Source: Escherichia phage ADB-2. Taken from it: 50,552 nucleotides of DNA. This document shows, piece by piece, positions 37,511 through 46,823 of this stretch; position 1 is the stretch's first letter; each line of letters begins with the position of its first letter. The translations under genes and the position numbers were made by a program. The stretch is from sequence record NC_019725.1; one strand, written 5' to 3'. The notes beneath the pieces were generated by a model. The model was given only the letters and a program-made list of their open reading frames with translations, ran no database searches and was not told the DNA's origin.

Positions 37511-39373
37511 CTACCCTCTCAATTCTGAAATTATCTCCTTGAGTTCTTCAATTTCTGCCGCCATTCTCTTACATTCACGAATCGCATATTGTGCGCACCC
37601 CATCAAGTCCATCACGATAGGGTTAACGTCTACCGATGGACGGTCGCGCGTCTTACCCCCGACGATGGCGTTAGTCTCGGGGTCCACCTCCACATCGTAC
37701 GTCTCCTCACGGTGTTTGATGTATTGAGGTGCAATCTCTTCGGCCTCTTCGGCAATTATGCCGAAGCGGACGCGCTCCTGCACATCGTCCTTATATACGT
37801 AGTGCACCATGCGCATTTGTTCAATGCGTGCAACCGCTTCTGTAACGTCTGCATCGGAGATATCTTTCTTAAAGTCCCGCCCCGATGTGCCTTGCAAGGC
37901 AAGAACACCACCAGATGAAGGCCAATTGACCGTAAAGCCAGTGCCGTCGCCCTTCTCAAAATATTTATAGATGAGGTTACTATTGATGTTAACCGTATCC
38001 CACATCGTACGAAAGTTACCAGCCGGTACTGACTCTTTCCCGTTGTTTAGGACGAAAGACAACACTGAAGCTGTCGCTGTTGGGCGGACCGTGATATCTC
38101 GATGACAAACCAGGCCGCTCACCCCCGATCCAGAGATCTCCATAAAGGTATCGCGGTACGCGCCCGACGCGTCATATGCGTGCCACTTAAAATTACCCGC
38201 GGCGTCGTTAATCCCCATGCGCCAGCGTACTTTATCGGCGGAATCAGCCCAACATACGCCACCAAAGCCCGACCCGCTCTGCTTAAGGATTAATCCATCT
38301 TGGGAGTCTCCGTTAGATTTGAATTGGCGGAACTCGGCGACGTTATCGACGCGCCCGGTGCCACCTGATCCAATCGGCAGCGGAATAGCTTTTCCGCTGG
38401 CATTATCCCAAGCCCCCCAATCACTATTATCTTTTATGTAAATCCATTTTGATTTAGATTTTGTTTTTACCTGCGTCTCTCCGTTATTCTCAGATTGAAC
38501 AAACCTATCTACACCTAAATTCTCCACTGCCGCACCAATACTTGATAAGTCGCTTAGGTTGGCATTCTTCTTAAGAAGATTGGATGCATCAACGCTATTT
38601 GCTGCGTCTTTAGCTTCCTGTGCGCTGACTGCCGCTGCATCTTTTGCGCTAACCGCTGTATCACGCGCCGACTGTGCATCATTTTTTGCTGAGGTTGCAG
38701 TTTGCGCAGCCGTCTGAGCATTGTTAACGTAGACTGACAGATCGCCTTTTGCGTCATTGATTGCCTGAATTGCCGCCGCCTCTTCTGTGTCGATGTGCGC
38801 AACCGCCGCTGATTCTTTAGCGCCTACATCTGTGATAGCTTGGTCTTTTGCTGCATTGATGCTACCGACCGCTCCGTCAACAATTTGCTGTACCTGACCT
38901 TTAGTGGCATTAGCCTCGTCACGCGCTGCATTCGCTGAGTCGCGAGCAAGTTCAGCTTGATTCTGTGCAGATTCAGCGGCTGATTTGTTAGCCTTAATTT
39001 CTTCAACGATGCGGTTAAGGTTATCCATATCCAGGCTCGCAATGATATCCATTGCCCCTGCAATCTCAGTCTCTTTGCTTTGATAGTACCGAAGCGTCTC
39101 GGCAACGTTTTGAGCCAATCCGTTAACAGTCAGTGAATCGTTAAGCAAGATCACATACTTTCCGTCAGCGGCAGTCTGACCATCAGTAGAGATAGCCTTT
39201 AACTCTGTGTCGCTCACGATGTCGCTGATTACCGCCAGCTTAATCGGTTGCTCTAGGAATACGATAGTTGCACCGACTCTAATCAGAGCAAGCTGATCTT
39301 TCCATTTTGTGTCGGTTCCGTGAACCGTTCCGTCTGCATCCATTGATGCTGTGCCGCGTCTATATAAAGCCAT
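37511..39373 (-). CDS. tail fibre protein with C-terminal intramolecular-chaperone (peptidase S74-like) domain
   Basis: 620 aa; Ala/Asp/Gln-rich repetitive shaft; C-terminal ...RFGIIAEEAEEIAPQYI... resembles the self-cleaving chaperone domains of T5 L-shaped fibre/endosialidases; AAGGAG RBS. Confidence 0.7.
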   Translation of the reverse strand: MALYRRGTASMDADGTVHGTDTKWKDQLALIRVGATIVFLEQPIKLAVISDIVSDTELKAISTDGQTAADGKYVILLNDSLTVNGLAQNVAETLRYYQSKETEIAGAMDIIASLDMDNLNRIVEEIKANKSAAESAQNQAELARDSANAARDEANATKGQVQQIVDGAVGSINAAKDQAITDVGAKESAAVAHIDTEEAAAIQAINDAKGDLSVYVNNAQTAAQTATSAKNDAQSARDTAVSAKDAAAVSAQEAKDAANSVDASNLLKKNANLSDLSSIGAAVENLGVDRFVQSENNGETQVKTKSKSKWIYIKDNSDWGAWDNASGKAIPLPIGSGGTGRVDNVAEFRQFKSNGDSQDGLILKQSGSGFGGVCWADSADKVRWRMGINDAAGNFKWHAYDASGAYRDTFMEISGSGVSGLVCHRDITVRPTATASVLSFVLNNGKESVPAGNFRTMWDTVNINSNLIYKYFEKGDGTGFTVNWPSSGGVLALQGTSGRDFKKDISDADVTEAVARIEQMRMVHYVYKDDVQERVRFGIIAEEAEEIAPQYIKHREETYDVEVDPETNAIVGGKTRDRPSVDVNPIVMDLMGCAQYAIRECKRMAAEIEELKEIISELRG

Positions 39374-39392
39374 AGTATAAACTCCTTAAGTA

Positions 39393-39412
39393 AATAGCAC
39401 GAATTGCTAAGC
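39393..39412 (+). promoter_or_regulatory. conserved intergenic element (copy 18, plus-oriented between minus-strand genes)
   Basis: AAATAGCACGAATTGCTAAGC. Confidence 0.5.
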
Positions 39413-39452
39413 ATAGATTTTATCATTGTGATACACGCCTTGCAATGGGCAA

Positions 39453-39474
39453 TAAAAAACCGCCCGAAGGCGGT
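39453..39474 (-). terminator. rho-independent terminator after primase gene
   Basis: minus strand reads ACCGCCTTCGGGCGGT + TTTTTTATT. Confidence 0.75.
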
Positions 39475-40409
39475 TAGAGTAGGTCACTTGCTGAGAATAA
39501 CTTGGATTGCATTCCTGAGCGGTATCCTCCAGGGTTCGGGATTATTATTTTTAATTGTCGGTCGTCTGCCATGTATAAAGTCTCCTTGTCCGAAGGTTCG
39601 CACGCCACTCTTACTTCTCGATCACCTTTATACCTGTACGCAACCATTTCTAAGTTTTCAGGAGTGAAGCAGGCCCATACCTCTTGCTTTGTGTGAAATG
39701 CAATATGCTGAGCATCAATCCAATTAAGGCATAAGTAGATCGCCTTCTCAGTTTTACCAGTCACGGCAACCGAGCAACTCGTATATTTCTTCGCGTAAAA
39801 TGATTCTCTTCCTTCCTCATCAATAATCAAAATATTGCAAAACTCATCATCAAGCCCGTCCTCATGCACAAGTTGACACGGAATGGTGTGAAACACGCTC
39901 TCCCCGCCATCTTCTCGACGTTTTACGCCAACGTCGAATGATTCAGTGGGTAGTGACTCAAAAATACTTAGGGGTGTGTTTACGCGCTTCTCTGTACGCT
40001 CCATAACTTTCATTACCGCCTCATGATCTGCCATCATGACATTGACACCTGATACCGGAGTTCGGCGCGCTTTCTTGTTTGCCTTGACAATGTATTCCTG
40101 CGGAACCTTGCCGAGAAATCTACCCAGGATATTTATGCATTCGCTATACGGCATACCAGTTAATTTCATCAACCAACCTATCCCGGAGTCGTTACCGCAT
40201 GAGTTGCAGATCGCGCCGCCGTCGCCTGGAGTGTTAAGATTGTCAGTCCAGCGAAAGCGGTCCTTACCTCCGCAGTTAGGGCAGGGCTGGTGTTTCTTGT
40301 TGAATACCTCGTTCGGCAACCCGCAGACTGACTGAAAAGCATCGCGCCATAAACCTTTCATGTACGGCAAAACATCCTCTTTCTGAAACATCATAAATTC
40401 TTCGTTCAC
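39474..40409 (-). CDS. DNA primase (zinc-ribbon + Toprim-type)
   Basis: 311 aa; CPNCGGKDRFRW...CNSCGN zinc-binding motif typical of phage primases; GGAGA RBS before GTG start. Confidence 0.65.
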   Translation of the reverse strand: MNEEFMMFQKEDVLPYMKGLWRDAFQSVCGLPNEVFNKKHQPCPNCGGKDRFRWTDNLNTPGDGGAICNSCGNDSGIGWLMKLTGMPYSECINILGRFLGKVPQEYIVKANKKARRTPVSGVNVMMADHEAVMKVMERTEKRVNTPLSIFESLPTESFDVGVKRREDGGESVFHTIPCQLVHEDGLDDEFCNILIIDEEGRESFYAKKYTSCSVAVTGKTEKAIYLCLNWIDAQHIAFHTKQEVWACFTPENLEMVAYRYKGDREVRVACEPSDKETLYMADDRQLKIIIPNPGGYRSGMQSKLFSASDLL

Positions 40410-40431
40410 TTCCAGATCTCCAAAATAAAAA

Positions 40432-40462
40432 ACGCGTAGAAGGATGTTAACCCGCTACGCGT
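40432..40462 (-). terminator. hairpin with flanking T-run between regulator-like gene and primase (attenuator-like)
   Basis: ACGCGTAG...CTACGCGT 8-bp stem, 15-nt loop; T-rich on minus strand after stem. Confidence 0.35.
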
Positions 40463-40467
40463 CGTTT

Positions 40468-40488
40468 GTTTTAACTAAAAATGCTATT
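40468..40488 (-). promoter_or_regulatory. conserved intergenic element (copy 19)
   Basis: rc = AATAGCATTTTTAGTTAAAAC; overlaps stop of 40471..40923. Confidence 0.55.
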
Positions 40489-40923
40489 AGTCGTTCCGAT
40501 ATCTTCCTTCTTCACGACGCGCATAAATTTCTTGTTCTTGCATCGCTTCTCAAGGCACTTGCCGTTACCGTCAAACTTCAGGTCGAATCGCAACCATGCG
40601 GCCCTAAACCCTTTACACCCCTGTCGGCGGTAAGCGCGATGCGCAGCTTCAGCACCTTGCCATGAAATCATATTGCGTTCTTTCCAGCCTTGCACCGTCT
40701 GATTGCTAACTTTTAGAGCCTTTGCGCAGGCCGCTGGGCCACCGTAATATTCGATAAGAGCATCAAGTCGCGCTCGCAGTCCGGCGCGTGTTTCTTCTTT
40801 ATGAATATAGAACCCACATCTCTGGCGAGGCCTTTTGTCTTTACCTCGTCGCGTTCCGTTGTTACCATTAATGTGACGTTTATCGATTTCACCAGTTGAC
40901 TCTGCGATACGTTGCATATTCAT
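40471..40923 (-). CDS. putative DNA-binding regulator (HTH-like segment, Cys-rich C-terminus)
   Basis: 150 aa from ATG with AGGAGAA RBS; segment GGPAACAKALKVSNQTVQGWKERN resembles Cro/YdaS-type HTH; basic; transcribed divergently from helicase. Confidence 0.4.
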   Translation of the reverse strand: MNMQRIAESTGEIDKRHINGNNGTRRGKDKRPRQRCGFYIHKEETRAGLRARLDALIEYYGGPAACAKALKVSNQTVQGWKERNMISWQGAEAAHRAYRRQGCKGFRAAWLRFDLKFDGNGKCLEKRCKNKKFMRVVKKEDIGTTNSIFS

Positions 40924-40935
40924 CTCAATTCTCCT

Positions 40936-40956
40936 GTAGCACTTTTTGCTAAAAAC
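40936..40956 (+). promoter_or_regulatory. conserved intergenic element (copy 20)
   Basis: GTAGCACTTTTTGCTAAAAAC, 15 nt upstream of TGtATTAT box (40972-40979). Confidence 0.6.
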
Positions 40957-41017
40957 GTTTACTGTATGTCGTGTATTATAGCGTAAACGATACAACGATT
41001 CAAAGGATTAAATAGCC

Positions 41018-43035
41018 GTGACAATTAACATCAAAAAGCAAATCGCATTACTTGGCGATGACTACATAAAACGCACTCAAGATCGATTCACTGTCGGCGA
41101 GGTCGTTCCTTACCCGTACCAAGTTGTTGCTTATGCCGAGATCGCGAAACGCCTATCAAATTATGAGCATCCATTCTTCGTTAAAGCGTCTGTATCAGCA
41201 GGTAAGACAATCATCTTCGCTATGGTGGCAAAGCAGTGTCAGAAAATGGGCTTAAAAATGCTCGTTCTTGCTCGTCAGGGTGAGATTGTCGATCAGGATA
41301 GTGAGGAGATTGACAACTTCGGGGTAACTAATTCCATATTCTCAGCCTCATTAGGTATTAAGTCCTGCTACTTCCCGATCGTGTTGGATCTGAGGGTACG
41401 GTTGCAAATGGCCTAGATAATGAGTTGGCTGACTTCGTCCCGCATGTAATTGGGATCGACGAATGTCATCAGGTGGATTGGGAAGACCTTGCGCAAGCCA
41501 TTGATGGCAAGGAAACAATGGAACAAATGAGGGGCGAGAAAGGGAAAATTATCATGGACGGAGATATTCCTCTGATTGGTAATGATGGAAAACCTCTTCT
41601 TGGAACTAAGCGCAGCCAGTACACTATAGTAATCATGGAAATGATGCGACGCTGTAAAGAGGTTCACGGGCACGATCTTAGAATATTTGGTATGACTGGA
41701 TCTGAATTTCGTGGCGTAGTTCCTATTCTGGTAGAGAATCCGAAAGCATTGGGATTCTGGCGTGAGCGAGTAACTGATATCGACACAAACTATCTGATTG
41801 AGTTCGGCTCTGTCGTTCCGACTATATTCGGATCAACAGACGGAGTTCATTACGATCTGGATAAGTTCAAGGCGTCGAGCGAGGACGGAGTGCAGGACTT
41901 TACAGAGAAAGACATGAAGGCTATGGAAGATGAGATCCTTCATGATAAATCTCTTACTCAGCGAATCATGCAAATGGTTGCCAAAAAGGCTGAAGAGCGT
42001 AACGCGGTACTGATTACATGCGCCGGGGTGCGTCACTGTAAAGAGGCGGCGGCTGCACTTCCACCTGGAAGTACCTATGCAATTATCACTGGCGAAACAG
42101 ACACCAAAACGCGCAAGAAGATTCTGGACGATGTAAGGGCAGGAAAAATTAAATACACCTTTCAGGTAATGGCGCTCACTACTGGCGTTAACGTTCCAAA
42201 TTGGGATTTCAGTGTCATACTCCGCAAGATAGGGTCGCTAACACTGTTGATTCAACTTTTGGGTAGGGGTATGCGTCTGCTTAAATCATGGCAGGTTGCT
42301 GAGGGAATGGTTAAGCAGGACCATCTGGTATGGGATTTCGCAGGTACGATGGATGAGTTGGGTCAGCTTTATTTCGATCCGATACTTGAGCAGGCGCAAT
42401 TCCAAAAGCGTTTTGAAAACGGAAAAGACCCGAAAACGTGTCCGAAGTGTGGTTGCGTAAATAGCTTCTACGCTCGCAGATGCATTAACGTCATCGACGG
42501 CGAGCGTTGCGATCATTTCTGGACTTCTCAGATTTGTGAGGACCAGGTTGACGAGCGCACAGGAAAAATCCTTGTTAAAGGATGCGGTGCAGAGAATGAC
42601 GTTGTGGCCCGAGTCTGTCGTTGTTGTGATGTTTCGCTTGTCGATCCTAACCTGAAGTTATCCGGTAAGGCGTACACTAAGAATGACTGGTATGAAGTAA
42701 AGAATTTTGAGGTTACGCTAACCAAAAACCAGAAAGGCATAATATACAAATACACGCTGATTAACGACGATGGTGATGAGTTCAAGGCGTATGAAAAATT
42801 CTTCCCCGAGTCAGACTCTAAGATTTGCGGTACGCTATGGAAAACGAAAGGTGTATTACCTCATGTGTCAGATCCTAAAATGCGTCGCTACTTTATCGGA
42901 ATGAAGAACGCTATCAAGATCGTGCAATACTCTCATCATATAGCGCATCCGGTACGCGTTACTCATAGGCGCAACCAGAAGAAGGAAGATATTATTTCAC
43001 GCAAAGATTTCGGTATGGAGGATATCCCGGAATGA
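41018..43035 (+). CDS. superfamily-2 DNA helicase with C-terminal zinc-ribbon (frame disrupted near 41365-41400)
   Basis: N-terminal ORF has Walker A SAGKT; continuation in -1 frame has DExH box GIDECHQ and later CPKCGC/CRCCD zinc-ribbon motifs. Confidence 0.75.
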
Positions 43036-43448
43036 TTACAGATAAAGGCGATTACCTAGAGTTTTACGAGCGAGATCCTAGCGATACGCGAAAGGAGGAC
43101 GCTCATCAAGTAGACTGCGTGTCTTGGTTGAAATACAATTTTCCTCAGCTTCTATTTTGGCACACAGTTAACGAAGGTGAAAAAACAATCACTTCGGCAC
43201 TTAGGGATGAGCAGGCTGGATTGCTTAAAGGCGTATCAGACTTCGTTATCCTGATAGGTGTAAACTCACGCTACCCGTTTGCAGCTATCGAACTCAAGCG
43301 AGTTAATAAGTCCGGAAAAGGAAAGGCATCACCAGTCAGCGATAAGCAAAGGGAGTTTCTCAAAAAGGTTCGGGATCGCGGTGGATTCTCTGCCGTTGCA
43401 TACGGATTTGAGCAATTCAAGCTGGCGATATACGATTTAACTAAATAG
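43032..43448 (+). CDS. VRR-NUC domain nuclease
   Basis: 138 aa; VSDFVILIG...AIELKR (D...E-x-K) pattern; immediately downstream of helicase. Confidence 0.65.
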   Translation: MITDKGDYLEFYERDPSDTRKEDAHQVDCVSWLKYNFPQLLFWHTVNEGEKTITSALRDEQAGLLKGVSDFVILIGVNSRYPFAAIELKRVNKSGKGKASPVSDKQREFLKKVRDRGGFSAVAYGFEQFKLAIYDLTK

Positions 43449-43464
43449 CACTTTTTGTTAAAAC
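43443..43464 (+). promoter_or_regulatory. conserved intergenic element (copy 21)
   Basis: AAATAGCACTTTTTGTTAAAAC; TAG = stop of VRR-NUC gene. Confidence 0.6.
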
Positions 43465-43515
43465 TGCCGGAATGGAATCTGGCATTATTATCTCACCGAA
43501 ACGAGAGGATTAAAA

Positions 43516-44229
43516 ATGAAAGACTTTAATGATATCGAAACAATCGACTTTGCAGAAACTGGGTGCTCATTCACTCGCGAAGCAATAGCATCAGGAGGTT
43601 ATTATCAAGCATTGAAAACGCCAACCTGCAAAGAGATTTCAGGACGTCGATACAAGGGAACCAATACACCTGACGCAGTTCGTGATTTATGGTCAACCCC
43701 ACGCGAGGTTATCGCATACCTTGAGGGTCGCTACGGAAAATATGATCTCGACGCTGCGGCAAGCGAAGAAAATAAAGTTTGCGAGAAGTTTTATTCCCAG
43801 GAAACAAACTGCTTAAAACGTTGGTGGGGTAAAAATAAGCACGTATGGTTAAATCCTCCTTACAGTCGACCTGATATATTCGTCAAGAAAGCGATTGAGC
43901 AAATGGAGCACAACAACCAGATCGATATTCTTTTACCTGCCGATAACTCGACGGCGTGGTTTACTGAGGCTCGACAGCACGCGGCTGAAATCATCTGGAT
44001 TGAAGCTGATTTGACTGAGGATATTGACGGCAATGAATACGCACGATCCGGTCGTCTAGCTTTCATATCCGGTGAAACTGGAAAAGCCGTAGACGGCAAT
44101 AACAAAGGTTCGGTTATTTTTATTATGCGCGAACTTAAAGAAGGTGAGACGCAACAGACTCACTACATCCCAATCACAAGTATTTGTCCTTCCGTTAAAA
44201 ACAAACGAGCAAAGGTGAGAAAAGTATGA
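43516..44229 (+). CDS. dam: DNA N6-adenine methyltransferase (phage Dam type)
   Basis: DLDAAAS and NPPYS motifs characteristic of phage Dam MTases. Confidence 0.75.
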   Translation: MKDFNDIETIDFAETGCSFTREAIASGGYYQALKTPTCKEISGRRYKGTNTPDAVRDLWSTPREVIAYLEGRYGKYDLDAAASEENKVCEKFYSQETNCLKRWWGKNKHVWLNPPYSRPDIFVKKAIEQMEHNNQIDILLPADNSTAWFTEARQHAAEIIWIEADLTEDIDGNEYARSGRLAFISGETGKAVDGNNKGSVIFIMRELKEGETQQTHYIPITSICPSVKNKRAKVRKV

Positions 44230-44477
44230 TGAGCGAAAAAATGGTTCCTGTTAAATTAACTGATCAAGGGTTATGGCTTCTTTATCGCGCTACGTGCTGC
44301 GAAATTATGGAGCGAAACGGATTAACTAAAGATGTTATTGGTTGCGATTTATGGGAGTTTACAAGTTCTCTTGATATGTCGTTCGATGAGATAAAGAATA
44401 AACACATCGAGCATTGGCCTTCAATCATTCAGAAAGACGTAGAAGAACTTAAATCCGACACGATCTTACAGCACTAA
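44226..44477 (+). CDS. hypothetical protein
   Basis: 83-aa ORF overlapping upstream stop; C-terminus reads into element copy 22. Confidence 0.45.
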   Translation: MMSEKMVPVKLTDQGLWLLYRATCCEIMERNGLTKDVIGCDLWEFTSSLDMSFDEIKNKHIEHWPSIIQKDVEELKSDTILQH

Positions 44478-44487
44478 TTGCTAAAAC
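44468..44487 (+). promoter_or_regulatory. conserved intergenic element (copy 22)
   Basis: ACAGCACTAATTGCTAAAAC followed by hairpin TACCCG...CGGGTA and TATAGT. Confidence 0.55.
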
Positions 44488-44543
44488 TACCCGGCGAAAG
44501 TCGGGTATAGTTATTTCATCAAAACGAAATGAGGAATAAGAAG

Positions 44544-44753
44544 ATGGCACGCATTAACGCAAACTTTTTCAATATCGCTCAACAGTCCGCAAAAATGGCT
44601 GTTCATATCACTGACAAGAAAGGCGGTAACTTTGATTGGGATATTGCTATGAACTTCCTTAAAATGGCTTATTACCTCTGCTCAGTCAAAGATGTTGAGT
44701 GTTTTATTGAAAGCGTGGAGAAACTAACCAATGCTGATAAAAAAACAAGGTAA
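44544..44753 (+). CDS. hypothetical protein
   Basis: 69 aa from ATG with GAGGAAT RBS. Confidence 0.5.
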   Translation: MARINANFFNIAQQSAKMAVHITDKKGGNFDWDIAMNFLKMAYYLCSVKDVECFIESVEKLTNADKKTR

Positions 44754-45003
44754 ACGAGAGGTTTGGGAGCACGCGAAGGAATGCGGAATCTCAGACGATA
44801 TAGCACTAATAGCGAAATATTTCGATATAAAGGATGTTAGCATTATCTCAAATGGCAAGATTTCATTTATGGAAGATATGCCGAGAAAAATGCATAGAGT
44901 GCCAGCAACTCCGTCACTTGAGTTTTATCGTGAAGAGGGAAAGAGAATTGAGAGAGAACGAAAAGCAGCAAAGAACAACAAGCCTTCCAGGCTTAAACAT
45001 TAA
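44731..45003 (+). CDS. hypothetical protein
   Basis: 90-aa ORF. Confidence 0.45.
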   Translation: MLIKKQGKREVWEHAKECGISDDIALIAKYFDIKDVSIISNGKISFMEDMPRKMHRVPATPSLEFYREEGKRIERERKAAKNNKPSRLKH

Positions 45004-45235
45004 CGAAGACGATTACCAGACCATATGGATCGGAAAGAAGCAGGTTAAGAAAATACCTTTCTCTGATTGGTTGCCTCCTGACTTCGCAAACGTGCTGTGT
45101 ACCATAGGGATCGATCAGGAGTTGCATATAGGTTATTACTCACCTGGTAGAAACAGTATGATGCTTGAGGTTGACGGAAAGCTGGTTGAGTTTAAATCGT
45201 CAGATCTAGGATTCTGGTTAAAGGCTGTGGCATGA
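44948..45235 (+). CDS. hypothetical protein (TTG start proposed; alternatively fused to upstream ORF)
   Basis: Open frame ...LNINEDDYQTIWIGKK...; GAGGGA RBS 8 nt before TTG at 44948; no ATG available. Confidence 0.3.
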   Translation: MRENEKQQRTTSLPGLNINEDDYQTIWIGKKQVKKIPFSDWLPPDFANVLCTIGIDQELHIGYYSPGRNSMMLEVDGKLVEFKSSDLGFWLKAVA

Positions 45236-45313
45236 ATCTTTATTTTGCTGTAGTATTAACACCGCTAATTTCATTTTCAGTAATGTATTTCATTATCATG
45301 TAAGGATTAAAAT

Positions 45314-46465
45314 ATGTCACAAGCTAAAATCACTACCGAGCAACTTATCGAAGAGCGCATGAGCGGCCTTACACTTCGCGAGATCGCGGAAAAGTACGGT
45401 ATGCACATCCGCACAGTTGAAGCGCGTCACGCCAAACTTGCAAAAGAAGGTCACTTCCACGGTAACGAGCATGTTGCTAAGAACGTACCGGAAGGATTCA
45501 TGGTAAAAGGCACATCAACGATGATTCGCGGCGATGGGACCGAGGTAGTGCGATGGGTTAAGACCGATCAGGACCGTGAGAAGATTGCGGCAATGATGGA
45601 AGCAGCGCGTATTGCATTCTGTGAAGACTTGCCGAGAGCAAAACCAACTGAGCTACTCACATCGCAAGGGCTTACAACCGCTATTGGCAAGCTGGCACTC
45701 TACCCGGTGTTCGATCTTCACATTGGCGCGCTTGCTCACAAGCATGAATGCGGAGAGAACTACTCTACAGACGTAGCGGAAAAAGTGCTGAATGACTTCT
45801 TTAGCTACGCGATCGATATTGCCCCGAGCGCAGAGAAGGCTGTTCTGTTAATCGGCGGCGACTTCCTTCACTCAGACGGTCTTGATGCTGTTACCCCGGC
45901 AAGCGGTCACGTTCTGGATCAGGATTCACGATATGCGAAATTGGTGCATGTGGCTATTCGATCGGTGCGACGAGCTATCGACAAAATGCTGACTAAACAC
46001 AAAGAGGTCGAAGTTCAGGTTATCGAAGGGAACCACGACCAGGCCGGAATGATTTGGCTACGCGCTGCAATGGCTGCATACTATGAGGACGAGCCGCGAG
46101 TATTCGTTGACGTTAGTCCTATGATTCTGCATAAGACCCGCTGGGGAAATACCTTGTTGGGATACACTCACGGTCACACGATGAAAAAGGCAGACACGCG
46201 ACTTGCAGCGATGGCAGCAGACTTCCGTGCAGACTTCGGTGAAAGCAAATACGTGTATACTCACAGTGGACACTGGCACCATCAAACAATCACAGAACAC
46301 TCGTTAGGTATTGATGAGGTTCACGGGCAGTTAGGCGCGAAAGACGCATATGCTGCGCGCGGAGGGTGGAGATCATATCGCCAGGCTGCGGTAATCATTT
46401 ACGATAAGCAGTTTGGTGAAATCGGTCGATTCATCTATCGTCCAGAAATGACAGGATCGCACTAA
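45314..46465 (+). CDS. calcineurin-like metallophosphoesterase with N-terminal HTH-like segment
   Basis: 383 aa; GDFLHSD, GNHD, GHTH/GHWHH metal-binding motifs; N-terminal LTLREIAEKYGMHIRTVEARHAKL looks like a helix-turn-helix. Confidence 0.65.
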   Translation: MSQAKITTEQLIEERMSGLTLREIAEKYGMHIRTVEARHAKLAKEGHFHGNEHVAKNVPEGFMVKGTSTMIRGDGTEVVRWVKTDQDREKIAAMMEAARIAFCEDLPRAKPTELLTSQGLTTAIGKLALYPVFDLHIGALAHKHECGENYSTDVAEKVLNDFFSYAIDIAPSAEKAVLLIGGDFLHSDGLDAVTPASGHVLDQDSRYAKLVHVAIRSVRRAIDKMLTKHKEVEVQVIEGNHDQAGMIWLRAAMAAYYEDEPRVFVDVSPMILHKTRWGNTLLGYTHGHTMKKADTRLAAMAADFRADFGESKYVYTHSGHWHHQTITEHSLGIDEVHGQLGAKDAYAARGGWRSYRQAAVIIYDKQFGEIGRFIYRPEMTGSH

Positions 46466-46476
46466 TCGCCAAAAAC
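46456..46476 (+). promoter_or_regulatory. conserved intergenic element (copy 23, degenerate)
   Basis: ATCGCACTAATCGCCAAAAAC followed by hairpin CCCGAA..TTCGGG and TATATT. Confidence 0.45.
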
Positions 46477-46528
46477 TCCCGAAGGGATTCGGGTATATTG
46501 ACCACATAGAAAACAAAGAGGGTATTTC

Positions 46529-46705
46529 ATGAAACGAGTTAAGTGCATCCGAAATGATTCCAAAACTCTTCCATTCCGCGTAAATCAGATCTATAGTGTT
46601 GGTTATGATTTCGGTGGTGGATTGTTTGAGATTTACGATGGCAGAGGTTCAACAATCCAAGCCCCTCTGAACGGTCATTACCTGGAATTTATTGAGCTAG
46701 ATTAA
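46529..46705 (+). CDS. small hypothetical protein (58 aa)
   Basis: ATG with AGAGGG RBS; below ORF-track cutoff. Confidence 0.4.
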   Translation: MKRVKCIRNDSKTLPFRVNQIYSVGYDFGGGLFEIYDGRGSTIQAPLNGHYLEFIELD

Positions 46706-46823
46706 CAATATCATTCATAACCTTACGGGCTGGCATGGTTTACATGCTGGCCTTTTTGCGTTGTATCAAGTAAACTTGAAGGTTAAAATCAACTCACTTG
46801 TTCAAAAAATATATGGTGATATT

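Noticed and set aside
37539-39105. Plus- and minus-strand ORFs overlapping the tail fibre gene (e.g. 37589..37918, 38554..38802, 38824..39105)
   Set aside because: Alternative frames of a repetitive GC-rich gene; Arg/His/Leu-rich junk translations
39404-39667. 87-aa plus-strand ORF downstream of element copy 18
   Set aside because: Overlaps the terminator and 3' end of the primase gene on the other strand; hydrophobic junk-like translation; no RBS
46706-46760. Terminator after small ORF 46529..46705 (GCTGGCATGG...CATGCTGGCC + TTTTT)
   Set aside because: The two arms are mirror rather than inverted repeats and do not form a stable hairpin
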